DNA of 64,000 nt, taken from assembly GCF_006345805.1 (NCBI RefSeq), contig NC_042998.1:154628001-154692000 (forward strand), given 5' to 3'. Below the pieces are notes generated by a model. The model was given only the letters and a program-made list of their open reading frames with translations, had not been told where the DNA came from and ran no database searches. Numbering within the stretch: position 1 is the stretch's first letter; each line of letters begins with the position of its first letter. The stretch is from Octopus sinensis (taxonomy: Eukaryota). Both the position numbers and the translations under genes were made by a program. Below, in pieces: positions 1 through 12,589 of the stretch.

Positions 1-219
1 TGTATTCTCTGCTTGTTTAGAGTAAAGCACCAAAAGCTTGCTAGTAACCTCCTAGTTTTGAAATATAATTCATCAGTTTCAAACTAAAATCTTTAAGAAT
101 TAGAAATAAAATATTTATTGGAAATTATATTATGGTCTTATAAATGATTTATAATGAATTGCTGTCTTTATGAAAATGTCAAGAGAATTCCACTGTATAT
201 TTTTTGCTTCCTTTTGCAG

Positions 220-349
220 CAGTTGCAGTAGCCATCATGCCTAAAAGCCGGCAGATGACTATCGTATGCATAATTAACCTAGAGCCAAGCAGTTCTTCAA
301 CCACTATCAAGAATAGGGCATTCACTGACATTGAGAAAGCATGTCAACG
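220..349 (+). CDS. ASK1-type MAP3K (MAP3K5/MAP3K15-like), coding exon A
   Basis: Polypyrimidine tract plus CAG acceptor ending at 219 and GT donor at 350. Reads (AVAVAI)MPKSRQMTIVCIINLEPSSSSTTIKNRAFTDIEKACQ-R. Ends in phase 2 and splices in frame to the exon at 14785. The ATG at 237 may be the start, but the frame is open back to the acceptor. Confidence 0.8.
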
Positions 350-1234
350 GTAAATTTATGCTTTTTTTTTCTCTGTGTTTATGTACAATGTTCTGCACAA
401 GTTATTGTTGTCATTATATCACATCAGGTTAGCCATGACTGAACAGACTTGTGATAGATTGGTAGCCAATGGAGTAACAAAGTGAGTCACATCTGTTTTA
501 TACATTGCTTCTATCTAGCTAGTAATCATACTACACACTAAACATTCTGCTGGTGGCCACAACAGAGGCTGTCATGATGTATTCCATCAGAGCACAGCAG
601 TTGTTCTGCATTTAGTATTTGTGATTTGCATTCCAGCACAGCATCTAAGGCTAGCAAGATTGTTGATGATGTTGCTCTTTCTATGCACATATTATTTCTT
701 TTTTATGTTTTGTAATGGGTTGAATGGGAGAGTTAGTATTTTTAGGATGCTGTTGTACTGGTATTTTGGAATGTTTGGGTGTGTGAAGCTGATTTTTCAT
801 GAAGAGGCTGGAACTGTGAGGTTTGAAGTTTGTTGTGGCAACACTGCTCTTTGCATGTTCAGGTAGGCTTTCATTTTTAGTATTTTTTTGTTTCAAAGGT
901 TGTCTGTGGGTATGGTCTGTGTGAAGCTCATGTTAGTGTTGTGGTTACTTGTGAAGATGAGTGCACTAAATATGTGTGTGTTGTTTCATTTTCTTTAGTA
1001 AATCTCCATTGCATGCTGTGGATGTTGAGAAAGTTTATGTCTCTGCTAGTATGTTGCCTTATATGTGAAATATATTTATATTGTTGAGTGTGATGATTGG
1101 TTGTACTTGAATTTCTCTAGTGTTGCTTATTAGAAGAGAGAGTTAGCTTTCTGAATAGTAAGCCCCTATCTTGCACTTAAAATTAGGCTGTTTCCAGTTA
1201 GCTACATATGAAACACAAAAATAATATAAACTAA

Positions 1235-1420
1235 AGAGGAATGAAGCTAGTATGCTCCATTGAATGTGCATTGCTGGTATGGATGTAGGACACAGTGCTA
1301 AGGTATTAAGAGAAAAATTAGGTATAAGAAGAATCAGATGGTTTGGCCGTGTGATGTGCATGGATGAGGATAGCTGCATAAAGAAGTGCTGGTTGCTTAA
1401 AATGGATGTAATCGCTTGAG
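1235..1420 (+). mobile_element. Degraded RTE-clade LINE C-terminal remnant
   Basis: Similar to the 'LREKLGIR...RWFGHVMRMDEDSCIKKC' coding region of the other RTE copies (compare 2348-2620). Confidence 0.55.
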
Positions 1421-1685
1421 TGCAGTACTAGTGCATATTATTCTTTCCCCTTTCTTTGCACCACCTGTGCCTTCAGTTATGTCTCTCCTCTGCTGTACTT
1501 CATTTAATACTTCACATATCTTCTTTCACTCTCAGCAGCTTGCCATATATGTCCTCATGTTCTGTCATTATAGCTACCCTTATGTACCTCTATACCCTCT
1601 TGCTCATCATCTCCTTACATTCTGATCTATTCTTCCTGAGCTACCTCTATCTCTCTCCTTACCTGCTCTCCATATTGATATTTCC

Positions 1686-4280
1686 TATCAACAAACCAGT
1701 TCAAAGATGGCTTTTATTCAAACTTTATTTCTGCTCGCCATCATCATCATCATCATTTAGCGTCCGCTTTCCATGCTAGCATGGGTTGGATGGTTCAACT
1801 GGGGTCTGTGAAGCCAGAAGGCTGCATCAGGCCCAGTCTGATCTGGCAGTGTTTCTACGGCTGGATGCCCTTCCTAACGCCAACCACTCCGTGAGTGTAG
1901 TGGGTGCTTTTTACGTGCCACCCGCACAGGTGCCAGACGGAGCTGGCAAAGGGCCACGAACGGATGGTGCTTTTACGTGGCACCGGCACGGGGGCCAGGG
2001 GAGGCTGGCAACGGCCACGAATGGATGGTGCTACGTGCCACCGGCACAGGGGCCAGGCGAGGCTGGCAACGGACACGAACGGATGGTGCTTTTATGTGCC
2101 ACCGGCACGGAGGCCAGTCGGGGCGGCGCTGGCAACGGCCACGATCGGATGGTTCGCTTAACCACAGCTGCAATTTCCATTGATGTTGATCGACTTCGAT
2201 TTTGGTTCTGCTTTCTGATATCTGATTTGATTTGGTTTGATTTTGATTTTGATTTGATTTTGATTTTCACTTGTCTCAACGGATCTTCACAAGTGGAGTT
2301 TTGTGTCCCAAGAAGGAAAGGTATGTAGGCCACAGGTTATGTTCTCACTAGTCTTGCCAGGTCTTCTCACGCACAGCATAATTCCATAGGTCTCGGTCTC
2401 TAGTCATTTCCTTGGTGAGACCTAAAGTTCGAAGGTCGTGCTTCACTACCTCGTCCCATGTTTTCCTGGGTCTACCTCTTCCACAGGTTCCCTCAACTGT
2501 TAGAGTGTGGCACTTTCGCACACAACTATCTTCAGACATTCTCGTCACATGACCATACCAGCGCAAACTTCTCTCTTGCACACCACAACTGATGCTTCTT
2601 AGGTCCAACTTTTCTCTCAAAGTACTTACACTCTGTCGATTATGAGGAATATAGCATCAGTAGTACTTTTCCCTGGCACGAACCCAAACTGCATCTCATC
2701 TAAGCTAATTCTCTCTCTTATTAGTTGGGCTATAACCCTCTCCGTGATCTTCATTACCTGATCCAGCAGCTTGATACTCCTGTAGTTATTTGTATCTAGA
2801 GCGTCACCTTTACCTTTGTAGCAGTTGACTATTATGCTGCTACACCAGTCATTGGGTATGACTCCTTCGTGTATCACCTGGTTAACTATACGGGTGACTA
2901 GGCTATAGCCAACACTACCAGATATTTTGAGCATCTCTGCAGTGATTCCTGATGGGCCAGGGGCTTTCCCTGTTTTTATGCTTGTAATTGCCTTAACTAC
3001 TAAGGAACTGTCAACTCGGATTGCTGGTCCCTCTGTTGGGTCGACATTCGGCAGACTCTCTTTATCCCATTCATTTTCCTCATTCAGCAACCTTTCATAG
3101 TGGCGTCCCCAAACCTCTCTCTTTGCATCCTCATTTAGCGCAAGTGAGCCGTCATCCTTGCGAACACATTTCTCTCCTACCACGTCACGATTCTCTCTCA
3201 CACACTGTCTTGCAATATGAAATACCTCAAGTCTTTCATCCTCATGGCGCAGAACATTGGCAAAATTTTTCTTATCTGTTTCCCCTCTGGCTAAATACAC
3301 CTGCCTCCTAGCTTCCCTTCTGGCAGTCTTATACACATCCCTGCTACCACCGTTCTTCCAGTCCTTCCAAGCCTGTTTCTTTTGTCTAATAGCCCTGTCA
3401 ACAATATTGTTCCACCACCACGTTATTTTGGGTCTTGAGGGGACTTTGCACCAGCCACAGATCTGGTCAGTGGCTTTCAGCAGGTTGTCCCTTAGAAGCA
3501 TCCAGTTATCTTCTACCCCATGTGTAGTTATACCCCCTTCTATTTCATCGAAGGCTTCAAGTAACATGTCTCTAAATCTCTGTCCATTTGCAGGGTCTTT
3601 AAGCTTCCAGACCCTTCTTCTCCATGTTGGTCGTCCTCTTAGTCCTGATCCTAAAGTCACTAACTACCAGTCTATGTTGTGGGGTACATTCTTCGCCTGG
3701 GAAGGTTTTGGCATTTATAAGTAGCCATCTTTCCCTTTTTCTGGCAAGGATGTAGTCGATTTGGCTTGTATGCCGGCCCGATCGGTAGGTGACCAAGTGG
3801 CTTGTCGGTTTCCTGAAGTTAGTGTTGCCAACCATAAGACTATTCGCATCACAGAACTCCAGCAGCCTGGTTTCCTCCTCGTTGTGGGAACCATAACCGT
3901 AGTCTCCATGTACGCCATGGAAGCCCCCAGCATATTGTCAACATGCCCATTGAAGTCACCAGCCACAAAGAGAAGGTCCCTGTCATTCGTCAGTGAGGTG
4001 GTCTGCAGTAGGGTGTCATAGAAACGGTCTTTCTGTCCATCAGGTAGCCCTGGCTGAGGGGCATAGGCCGATATAATAGTTGCTAAACTATGATGGAGCC
4101 ATCTAATCCATTAATCATTAAGATGTGTTGTTTTATATTAAGTAAGGACAGTATCCATCTATCAATGTCATTTGACACTGCCATATTTTCGTACTCAATA
4201 CAAAATAAGATATCTATATTTTCATCTAATATTTGCTATTGTAGAAAGGAATTAATGATAGGATATTATAATTCATAACA
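1686..4280 (-). repeat. 3' LTR of the gypsy element, split into 1686-1740 and 4095-4280 by an RTE insertion
   Basis: The two pieces joined reproduce the 7997-8246 repeat. Begins TGTTATGAATT on the minus strand at 4280. Confidence 0.75.
1741..4094 (-). mobile_element. RTE-clade (BovB-like) LINE, 5'-truncated and internally deleted
   Basis: APE remnant (AGDFNGHV, SQIDYIL), then KAPGPSG, YKGKGDAL, NYRSIKLLDQVMK, QFGFVPGKSTTDAIF (2626-3660). C-terminal RWYGHV..GRGRPRKTW (2348-2620). 3' UTR with tandem repeats and a (GAT)n tail at 1741-1756. Confidence 0.92.
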
Positions 4281-7200
4281 GTCTTCTGTGCTGAGTGAAA
4301 AGTTAGTTACAGTGCATTCAAAACGTATAGCCTTTTAGATAAAAAGCATCTTAATAACTCGTCCTGATCTCCATTTTCTCCTCTCTTTGGCATTTTGTTA
4401 CCCGTATTATCTTCATTCAGGTATTCTTTGCAAGTTTTGCTACCCTTATTATTCTCTTCCAGCCATTCTTCACCAGTTGCTAATCTGTTCATGTTTCCAG
4501 GTACCAGACTGTGAGCTCCATTTCTTTGTTGATACATTGCTTCTAATGGTGTACTGTCAGAGTCGGTTCCTTGTTGATTTATTATTTTTGTATTTGGTTG
4601 TTCTATATCAAATTCTGTTTTTGTAGTTAACCCTGGTTATGTTTGTGTGTTATCTTTGCTTCCTTGATTGAAAGATTGTCCTGGAGTGAGAGTCTGTCAA
4701 CACTGTATCTATTTGTCAGTTTCCAAATTGTACATGTGCAAAGTGGGGGAAAATAGTCTCCAACAATTAAACATTTTCTATAAGTGGATCCCCCTTATTT
4801 CTGAGATGTCAGCGATGCAGTATTGTGCTTCTCATATTCTGGAGGAATTCAGGTAGAATGGTTCCCACTGTCGATGATCTTGAAAATTTAAACATTCACT
4901 CATGAGGGTTTGTGTTGGTAGCTGTACAGAGGAATGCTCTCATGGCTGATAGTATCATGAGAAGAACTGTCAACCATTGTTTTTTATCTAGTTGTAGTGA
5001 ACTAAGTGCTAGTTTTATGGTCTTCATGAGAGTACCGTTGGTCCTTTCACAATGGCCATTGCTTTGCAGTCAATATGGAGATGTTCTAGTTTTTATTGTC
5101 CCATTAGCGTGAAGGAAGTCCTGGAGCTTCTTATCAAATTGGGTTCCTCTGTCAGAGTGGATACAACTTGGTGATCCAAACAATGAAAAGATGCTGAGCA
5201 GGGGGGTAGTTACTGTTTCGGTACTTATGTCTTTGCATGGGTACCTTGAGTACTCATCAACTGTTACCAATAAGTAGCGGTATTGTGTGGTAGGGGACCA
5301 ACAACGTCAGTGGAGAGGCACTCCCAAGATCTTGATGCCTGTATTAATTGACCTATAAGGGGTTTGTGGAAGCAGGGTTTGAGCTTGTTGCATGTAGAGC
5401 AAGTGAGTGTCATTTCGCGGATTTTGTTGAAGAACTGCAGGTTTTGTGCTTTACAGTAGTGAAGTTGGCGGGTTACTCTTGAGTAGCCCAGTTGTTTGTG
5501 AAGAGTTATGAGTGTTGTAGTGTCTCTTGTTGCTGCACATCTTGATAGCGCATCTGCTGCTTTGTTTTGAGTTACTGGGCTATTGGAGATTGTATAATTT
5601 ATGTCTGAGAGGTCCAAACGCCAGCGTATAATTTTACATTTTTGATTTTTGATGTCCTTGCTTATTGAAGATCATCACTACTGAGCGTTGATCGGAGATG
5701 ATGTTGCAGTATGGGGAAACATGCATTAGGTGGTGCTATTTGTGGCAACATTCTATGATTGTGCAGGCTTCTCTCACGACGATGGATTGGTAAAGGGACC
5801 TTGAGTAGAAGGCCACTGGCCATCCTTCTTTTGATAGTGACCCTCATAAGGCTAGGTTGGAAGCATCTGTTTCAATAGTAATTGGTATTCCAGGTTGTGG
5901 ATCGGCAAATATGGCATTTACCAATGCAGTCTTTAGAGATGCGATTGCTGTTTTAGCTTCTTTTGGCAGTCCTGCTTTGTTGAAATTCTTTATGCTCTTA
6001 TGCTCTTGGTAAGTCTGGAGCACTTAGGTATCCACTTAGCACAATATGCAAAAATGCCTATTATTTAACTTTTCTCAATGTTCTTGGTTCTGGTATATCT
6101 AGTAGAGATTGATACCTTTTAGGGTCAGGTTTTATTGTTGAATTTCCAATAATATGTCCAAGGAAGCTGATTTGATTTTGAGAGAATTGACTCTTGCTCT
6201 TATTGATGGTCATGCCAGATATTTTGGTTGCCTGGATAAATCTGAGTTTATTGTCATGTTCATGATGATTTTTGCCAGCTATGATGATGTCATCTAGATA
6301 GGCAAAGGTTTTCTGAAGATTGTTTCTTTTTATGAATTCATCCATGACACGCTGGAAAATTGCTGCATACAACCAAATGGGAGGTGTTTAAAATCGTACA
6401 GTCTCCCCCCTGCTTTGAATGCAGTCAGTTTATAGTCTTTGAGTAGGAATTCCACATGGTGATATGCAGCTGTCTTTCTATGTTGCTGAAAATCTTGTTT
6501 GCTGCTACTTTATTTAGAAGATCATCGATCTGGCGGCAGATTGTATGCATCTAGTTGTATGTAGATATTTATAGTGTTCGAGTAGTTGATCACCAGTCTT
6601 TTCTTCCTTCCATTAGATGTCACAAAGCATTGAGCTCGCCAGGGGCTACAGTTTTCCTGAATTATTCCTCTGAAAGTAACCTGTCTATTTCATGCTTAAT
6701 AAACTCTGTGTCTTGAAGTTGTTGAAATTGGTTTGAGCTTAGAGGCTTTTATGCCAGGAAGTAGTTTGTACGTGGTGCATTTTAGGCTTGACATGCAGAA
6801 TGACATAGGTTTCAGTGTGCCCTTGAAGTTAATAGTAATTGTTGAGTGTTGACTGAGGATATCGATTCCAATGATGACTGGAGCTACAAGGTAGTTGACT
6901 GCAAGAAAATTAGCATTATATGCATTATTTCCCAGTTGTAGTTTGCTACTGAATTTGCCTTTAATTTCTAGTGCTGTATTGTTAGCCAAGTTAACTTTTT
7001 CTGGGCAAATATGATCTAACACATGTTATTCTCCCCCATACATTTATGGAAGTATCCACTCTCACCTCTCCTGACCCACTGACTATATCCTAGACTGTAA
7101 GAAGATTGAACTTCTATAAATGTCCTGTTAGAACCTGTGTTAAGAAGGGCTTGTGTATTGTTGTCCCATATTTTAATGGTTACCAGTTGTCCTGTACCAT

Positions 7201-7996
7201 TTGTTACTGCTAAAATGATGGATGATAAGGTCCCATCACTGTTTTCCTTTGAGTTGCTCTCAGGCTCTGTGATAGCTGCTGTTTTAGGAAAATTTTCTTT
7301 ATTTCTTGGTGGCTCTTTTGAGAGGCAGACTTTCTCCCAGTGGCCTTTCTTCTGAGACTTTTTACAAGTGGAGTTTCTCGCCGGGCATTGACTTTTTTTA
7401 TGGATGTATCCACAGCACCAAAAGCATGCTGATTTAGTAGCTGCAAGATGAGGAGATTGATACTAGCTGAGCCTTGTGATAGGTTGCGAGTGTTTTCAGT
7501 GGCCATCTCCATGGTTTGAGCAAGCTTTTAGTGTTTCTAAGCTGTCATCTGATGACTCGAGAAGTCTTTGTCTGATTGATGGTGATTGAAGCCCAGCCAC
7601 AAAGGCATCACCAATTAGAATTTCTTGATAACGGTCTGCCATTAGGGCTTCAATTTTACACTTCTTGGCCAGCACCTGAAGGCTTGACATAAATTCTTCT
7701 ATAAACTTGTTTACCTTTTGTTTTCAAGTTCACAGCTTATGGCACATCATTATGTTTGAACTTTTCTTTATGATCTTTGAGTCCAGGCATTCTATTGCTG
7801 CTTTGAAGGTTTCAGGTTCTTTGATGATGGGATAGGTCCTTGCTCTGCAGAGTACTAAGAGTACCTCCTGCTTAGATTCACCTGGAACTTTTGCTTTTGC
7901 TATGTAGATGTGTAGATCCGTTTCCTCAGTTGGGTCATCTGGTAGGGTCTTCTCGAACACTTTGGCATCCATTTAGAATAAAGTTTGAATAAAATT

Positions 7997-8246
7997 TGTC
8001 ATAAACCAGTTCAAAGAAAGCTTTTATTCTCACTTTATTTCTGCTCGCTATCTAATCTGTTAATCACTGCTGTCCAACGATTAAGACATATTGTTGTCTT
8101 GTAAAGTAAAGACAATATTCATCTATCAACGTCATTCAACACTATGTCACATTTTTGTACTCAATACAAAATAAGATACCTATATTTTTATCTATTATTT
8201 GCTATTGTAGAAAGGAATTAATGATAGGATATTATAATTCATGAGT
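7997..8246 (-). repeat. 5' LTR of the gypsy element
   Basis: Homologous to 1686-1740 plus 4095-4280 (e.g. aaaccagttcaaag..cttttatt..actttatttctgctcgc, gtactcaatacaaaataagata, gctattgtagaaaggaattaatgataggatattataattcat). Ends ...TGACA on the minus strand. Confidence 0.78.
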
Positions 8247-8639
8247 GCTCTACTTCTGTTTCTTACCATACTCTCCCCTCACACATGTTATTCTCCCCCA
8301 TACACTTATGGAAGTATCCACTCTCACCTCTCCTGACCCACTGACTATATCCTCTCTTAATCTCACCTTCCTGTACCTTGAGAGATCATTCTGGCACTCC
8401 ATTACTACCATCTTTATCCCTTTCCCAACTACTCTCACCCACTAATCTATTATCCTCTTTATAACAAGACACATAGGCTTGTCCCTCGGTCATACTTTAG
8501 CCTTTTAACACATAGTATAAAGTCCCCCCAATACTTCGCCCTACTTACTTTTGGAAGTGTTTTTTTTCTCCTCAATTTCTTTGTGTCTTGCAAGTCACTT
8601 GTGCCAATGGCATAAAAAAAGCATCCAGTCACATTATGA

Positions 8640-8778
8640 AGGACATTCAGTGATAGAAACAATGCCAAAGTTGACACAGGAGCTTCGCACAGCTCTGCAG
8701 CTTCCTGGATCCTGTCAAACCATCCAGCCCTTTCCAGTATGGAAAATGGATATCAAATGATGATGATGATGATGATGA
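8640..8778 (+). mobile_element. RTE/SINE 3' tail fragment
   Basis: gatcctgtcaaaccatcc...ggaaaatggat..aaat(gat)n, the reverse complement of the tail type at 1741. Confidence 0.65.
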
Positions 8779-8802
8779 ACAACACACACGCTTTATATAT
8801 AT

Positions 8803-10590
8803 CATCATCATCATCATTTAACGTCCGTTTTCCATGCTAGCATGGGTTGGACGGTTCGACCTGGGTCTGGAAAGCCAGGAGGCTGCACCAGGCTCCAGTT
8901 TGATCTGGCAATGTTTCTACAGCTGGATGCCCTTCCTAACGCCAACCACTCCATGAGTGTAGTGAGGGCTTTTTACATGCCACCGGCACAGGTGCCAGAC
9001 GAGGCTGGCAACGGCCACGATTGGTTAGTGCTTTTTACGGCACAGAAGCCAGTGAAGGTGGCGCTGGCATCAGCCACGTTCGGATGGTGCTTTTTACGTG
9101 CCACCTGCACAGGTATCACAACTATAATTTCCATTTGATTTTTGATGTTGATGTACTTGACTCAATAGGTCTCCTCAAGCACAGCAGGTCGCCCTATGCT
9201 CCAAGGTAAGCACAGCAGGCCGTCCTGCGATCCAAGGCACTTTGGACGGGCTGGGGCTTCTATGTGAAGCTGGTGCAGGAAACAGCCATGAACTCAAATT
9301 ATTTGTCGGGTCTTCGCAGTTACAGCATATCTCCAGATATTGCCTCTGTAAGACCCAACGTTTGAGGATCATGCTTGACCACCTCATCCTATGTCTTCCT
9401 AGGTCTACCTCTACCCTGGATTCCTTCAACTGTTTGGGAGTGGCACTTTTTAACACATCTCTCCTCATCCATCTGTAGTACATAACCATACCAGCACAGA
9501 TGTCTCTCTTGTACGCCACATCCAATGCTTCTCAGGGCACTTACACTGTCGTGTATGCACACTGACATTACACATCCAGCGGATCATGCTAGCTTCATTT
9601 TTTTCAAGCCTACATGAAGGATGGCAGTTTGCACACATGCGTCGTACAATCTACCTTGTCACCAGTAGGGGTAGGAACTTTCTGAACTTTACCCAGGCTA
9701 TTCTTATTCTAGTGGTACCACTCTGAGCATCCACCCCCACTACTAACTTGGTCACCTAGGTAGCGGAAACTATCAACTACTTCTAGTTTCTCCCCCAGGA
9801 GTGTAATGGAATCTGTTTTCTGAGTATCAGTAGTGTTATGGCCCCTGTGCATCTGCCGCACATGAAAGCTATCTTCTTGGTTAATTTTCCTTTGATGTTG
9901 CTGCGCCTCTTATGTGTCCATAGCTTACACTGGGTACATCTTATGGAGTTTCTACCTACACCTTTTCTACAAATCGAGCAGGGCCACCTGCCTGAAGGAG
10001 TGTGTGGTGTGTTTGCCTTCCTACTTACTAGAACTTTGGTCTTTGCTACATTGACTCTAAGGCCTTTTGATTCTAAACCTAGCTTCCACACCCGAAATTT
10101 CTTTTCTAGTTCCGGTAGTAATTTTGCTATGAAGGCCAAGCCATCAGCATAGAGGAGCTCCCAGGGGAAACCGGTCTTGAATTCCTCTGTTATTACATGG
10201 AGGACTATGATGAATAAAAGGGGACTGAGAGCTGAACCTTGGTGGACCCCTACTTCTACCCGGAATTCTTCACTATACTCATTGCCAATCTTAACCTTGC
10301 TGACGGTCTATCTGTATAGGGCCTGTACAGCCCTTATTAACCATTCGTCAATCTCCAGTTTCTGCATCGCCCACCAGATAAGGGATCGGGGGACCCTGTC
10401 AAAGGCTTTCTCCAAGTCCACGAAAGCTATGTAGAGGGGTTTATCTTTAGCTAGGTATTTCTCCTGCAATTGTTGAACCAGAAATATGGCATCAGTGGTG
10501 CTTCTATACGGCACAAAACCGAACTGCATCTCATCTAAGCAGACTCTCTCCCTAATGAGATGGCTATGAACCTCTCTGTGACCTTCATCA
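8803..10590 (-). mobile_element. Degraded RTE-clade LINE (RT to 3' tail)
   Basis: QFGFVPYRSTTDAIF, AFVDLEKAFDRVPR (10308-10529), LLYADGL, GLRVNVAKTKV and a CxxC..C zinc-ribbon insert (9783-10139). 3' tail and (GAT)n at ~8805-8820. Confidence 0.88.
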
Positions 10591-10668
10591 CCTAATGAGA
10601 TGGGCTATTAGGAGCTGATGTATATATATATATATATATGTAAATATATATTTCCTTTTAGACAGACA

Positions 10669-11486
10669 TACGAGGTGTGATCAATAAGTATCGGGCCTGT
10701 TACCATAGTAAAGAAGCTAAAGTATGTAGAGTGAAGCTGTTTGGCAAAGATTGACCTTGAACTCTGCTGTGCACACACACTAAGTTTTAACATTCTAGCT
10801 CACTTCTGTTTACAGCAGTGCTTGGAAGGACAGTGTGTAGTGTGTGATTGTCACATTGATCATGACAGAGAAAGTTGTCATTGCAGTACCTGCTCAATGG
10901 AGAGGTGTATGAGTCACACACAAGTGTATGAGTGGTTCAGATGTTTCCAAGATGGCTGAAAAAATGTCGTTAGTGACGAACATTCTGGGAGACATTGTAG
11001 ATATGCGTGCAGCTGTGAGGGGAAATCATCAAATCACCATCCGTGAGTTATAAGAGAATGTGCAGATTAGTTATTGTTCAGTTTAGTCTATTATCACTGA
11101 AGATTTGGATATGAGATGCGTGTCTGCCAAGTTTGTGCCAAAACTGCTTTCAGCTGACAAAGAAAACACTTGGGTTTCAGTTGCACAAGATCTTGATTGT
11201 GTTGAGAACAATGAAAACTTTTTGAAAGCTTTGTGTAGGCCTCTGAGCAGGTATCTTCAAGCTTTTGGCAAAATTTGATGCTGATTCTCTGTTCAAATAT
11301 CTCTGTCAGGGTCAGTGAGACAATCACATGCTACACATGTTCCTTCCAACCACTGCTGTAAACTGCAGAAGTAAGCTAGAAAGTTAAAACTTAGTGTGCG
11401 TGCATAATAGAGTTCAAGGTCAATCTGTGCCAAGTGGTTTCACTCTGCATGCTTTAGCTTCATTTCTATTGGTCAGACCATGCATA
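10669..11486. mobile_element. Mariner-derived non-autonomous element with long inverted arms
   Basis: TA-flanked ends (TA 10669-70, TA 11485-86). The + strand holds a broken transposase 5' part (VYEWFRCFQDG, SAKFVPKLL). The - strand arm encodes EQRISIKFCQKL. Arms ~10671-10870 and ~11300-11484 are inverted homologues. Confidence 0.8.
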
Positions 11487-12589
11487 TGATAAATGGAAAA
11501 ATTCAGATAAGCACTCTAACTTTTCTTCCCTCTCCTAATAGTCTTTTCTCCAATCTTTCATCATTATCCCAACATAAGTATTATTATTACTAACATGTTA
11601 AATTCTCACTTTGTTTCAGTTTTTCTTCTTTCCTCCCCGTTTAGACAATGTGTAGTATATTTTCTCTCTGTCTCTCTCTTTTTCCTTTCTCCATGAAACT
11701 TGAGGCTCGCTTATTTTCAATGTATCTGCCAATATCTACCCTCACTCACCCTTACTTGCAACACCATCTCTACTGGAAGTCTGTTTTTTCCCTCACTTCT
11801 GTTCAGTGTGAAGCCCCTACCTTCTCCCCTCTGAGATAATAAAGTATAAGTCATATCAAGACATATGTAATAATGTATTTATTCAAAATCCTTCACTGAT
11901 AGTAGTTTGAATGTTATCTGTTGTAGTAAGTGTATGAGAATGAATGAATAAATGAATGATGGCTTATCTAATGAAAGGGAGAAAGTTACCAATATATGTA
12001 AAAATTCCCCAAATGCTGGCAAAGCACAGCTCAACTTTTCTTCTCCATAAGTACAATAGTGATCATGGGGGTGGGATAGGCATACTGTTAACTGAGAAAT
12101 GGATAAAGTAATTGAGGTATACAAAAATGATTAAATTGAAACTGATTGTAGGTAGTTCAATGGCATCACAGGTAGGAATACTAGAAGAATGGATGGATTG
12201 CTTCTATGAGATCCTTCTGTAAACTATCTGGATAAAACTGCCTGTGACCTTATTATCATGGCTGGTGACAACAACAGTTATGTTGGTTAGCATGTCCATA
12301 GGATTATGGGTTCAGTTTGAGACATGAGGAAGGTGTAAGTCTCCTGGAGTTCCATGATGCAACTGATCTAACGATTTACAACATGCACTTTTGGATATCA
12401 GCCAGCCACCTCATCTCTACCAATGTAGCAAATACGGAACTCAAATAGATGACATTCTCATCAGGAAAGTACCACACAATATAGATTAGTGGGAAATGAC
12501 TTTAGTCAGTTAGGCAAGACAACTTGGAGAAGGGAGTTATGGAAACTAAAAAGATCCAGTAATTGGCAACAGATTTAGAAAAATTCCAC

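Larger units (their letters stand above)
1686..8246 (-). mobile_element. Ty3/gypsy LTR retrotransposon, degenerate, with nested RTE LINE
   Basis: Minus-strand fragments in gypsy order: gag (7972-7300; DAFVAGLQSPSIRQRLLE, QKKGHWEKVC knuckle remnant), protease region (~7020-6700), RT (YLDDIIIAG, 6061-6372), RNase H (IETDAS ~5880), integrase (STDVVGPLP, VDEYSRYP, IHSDRGTQF; 5000-5400). Direct repeats lie at both ends. Many stops and frameshifts. Confidence 0.88.

Noticed and set aside
1786-2333. 180-aa and overlapping ORFs
   Set aside because: They lie in the tandem-repeated RTE 3' UTR and are non-coding.
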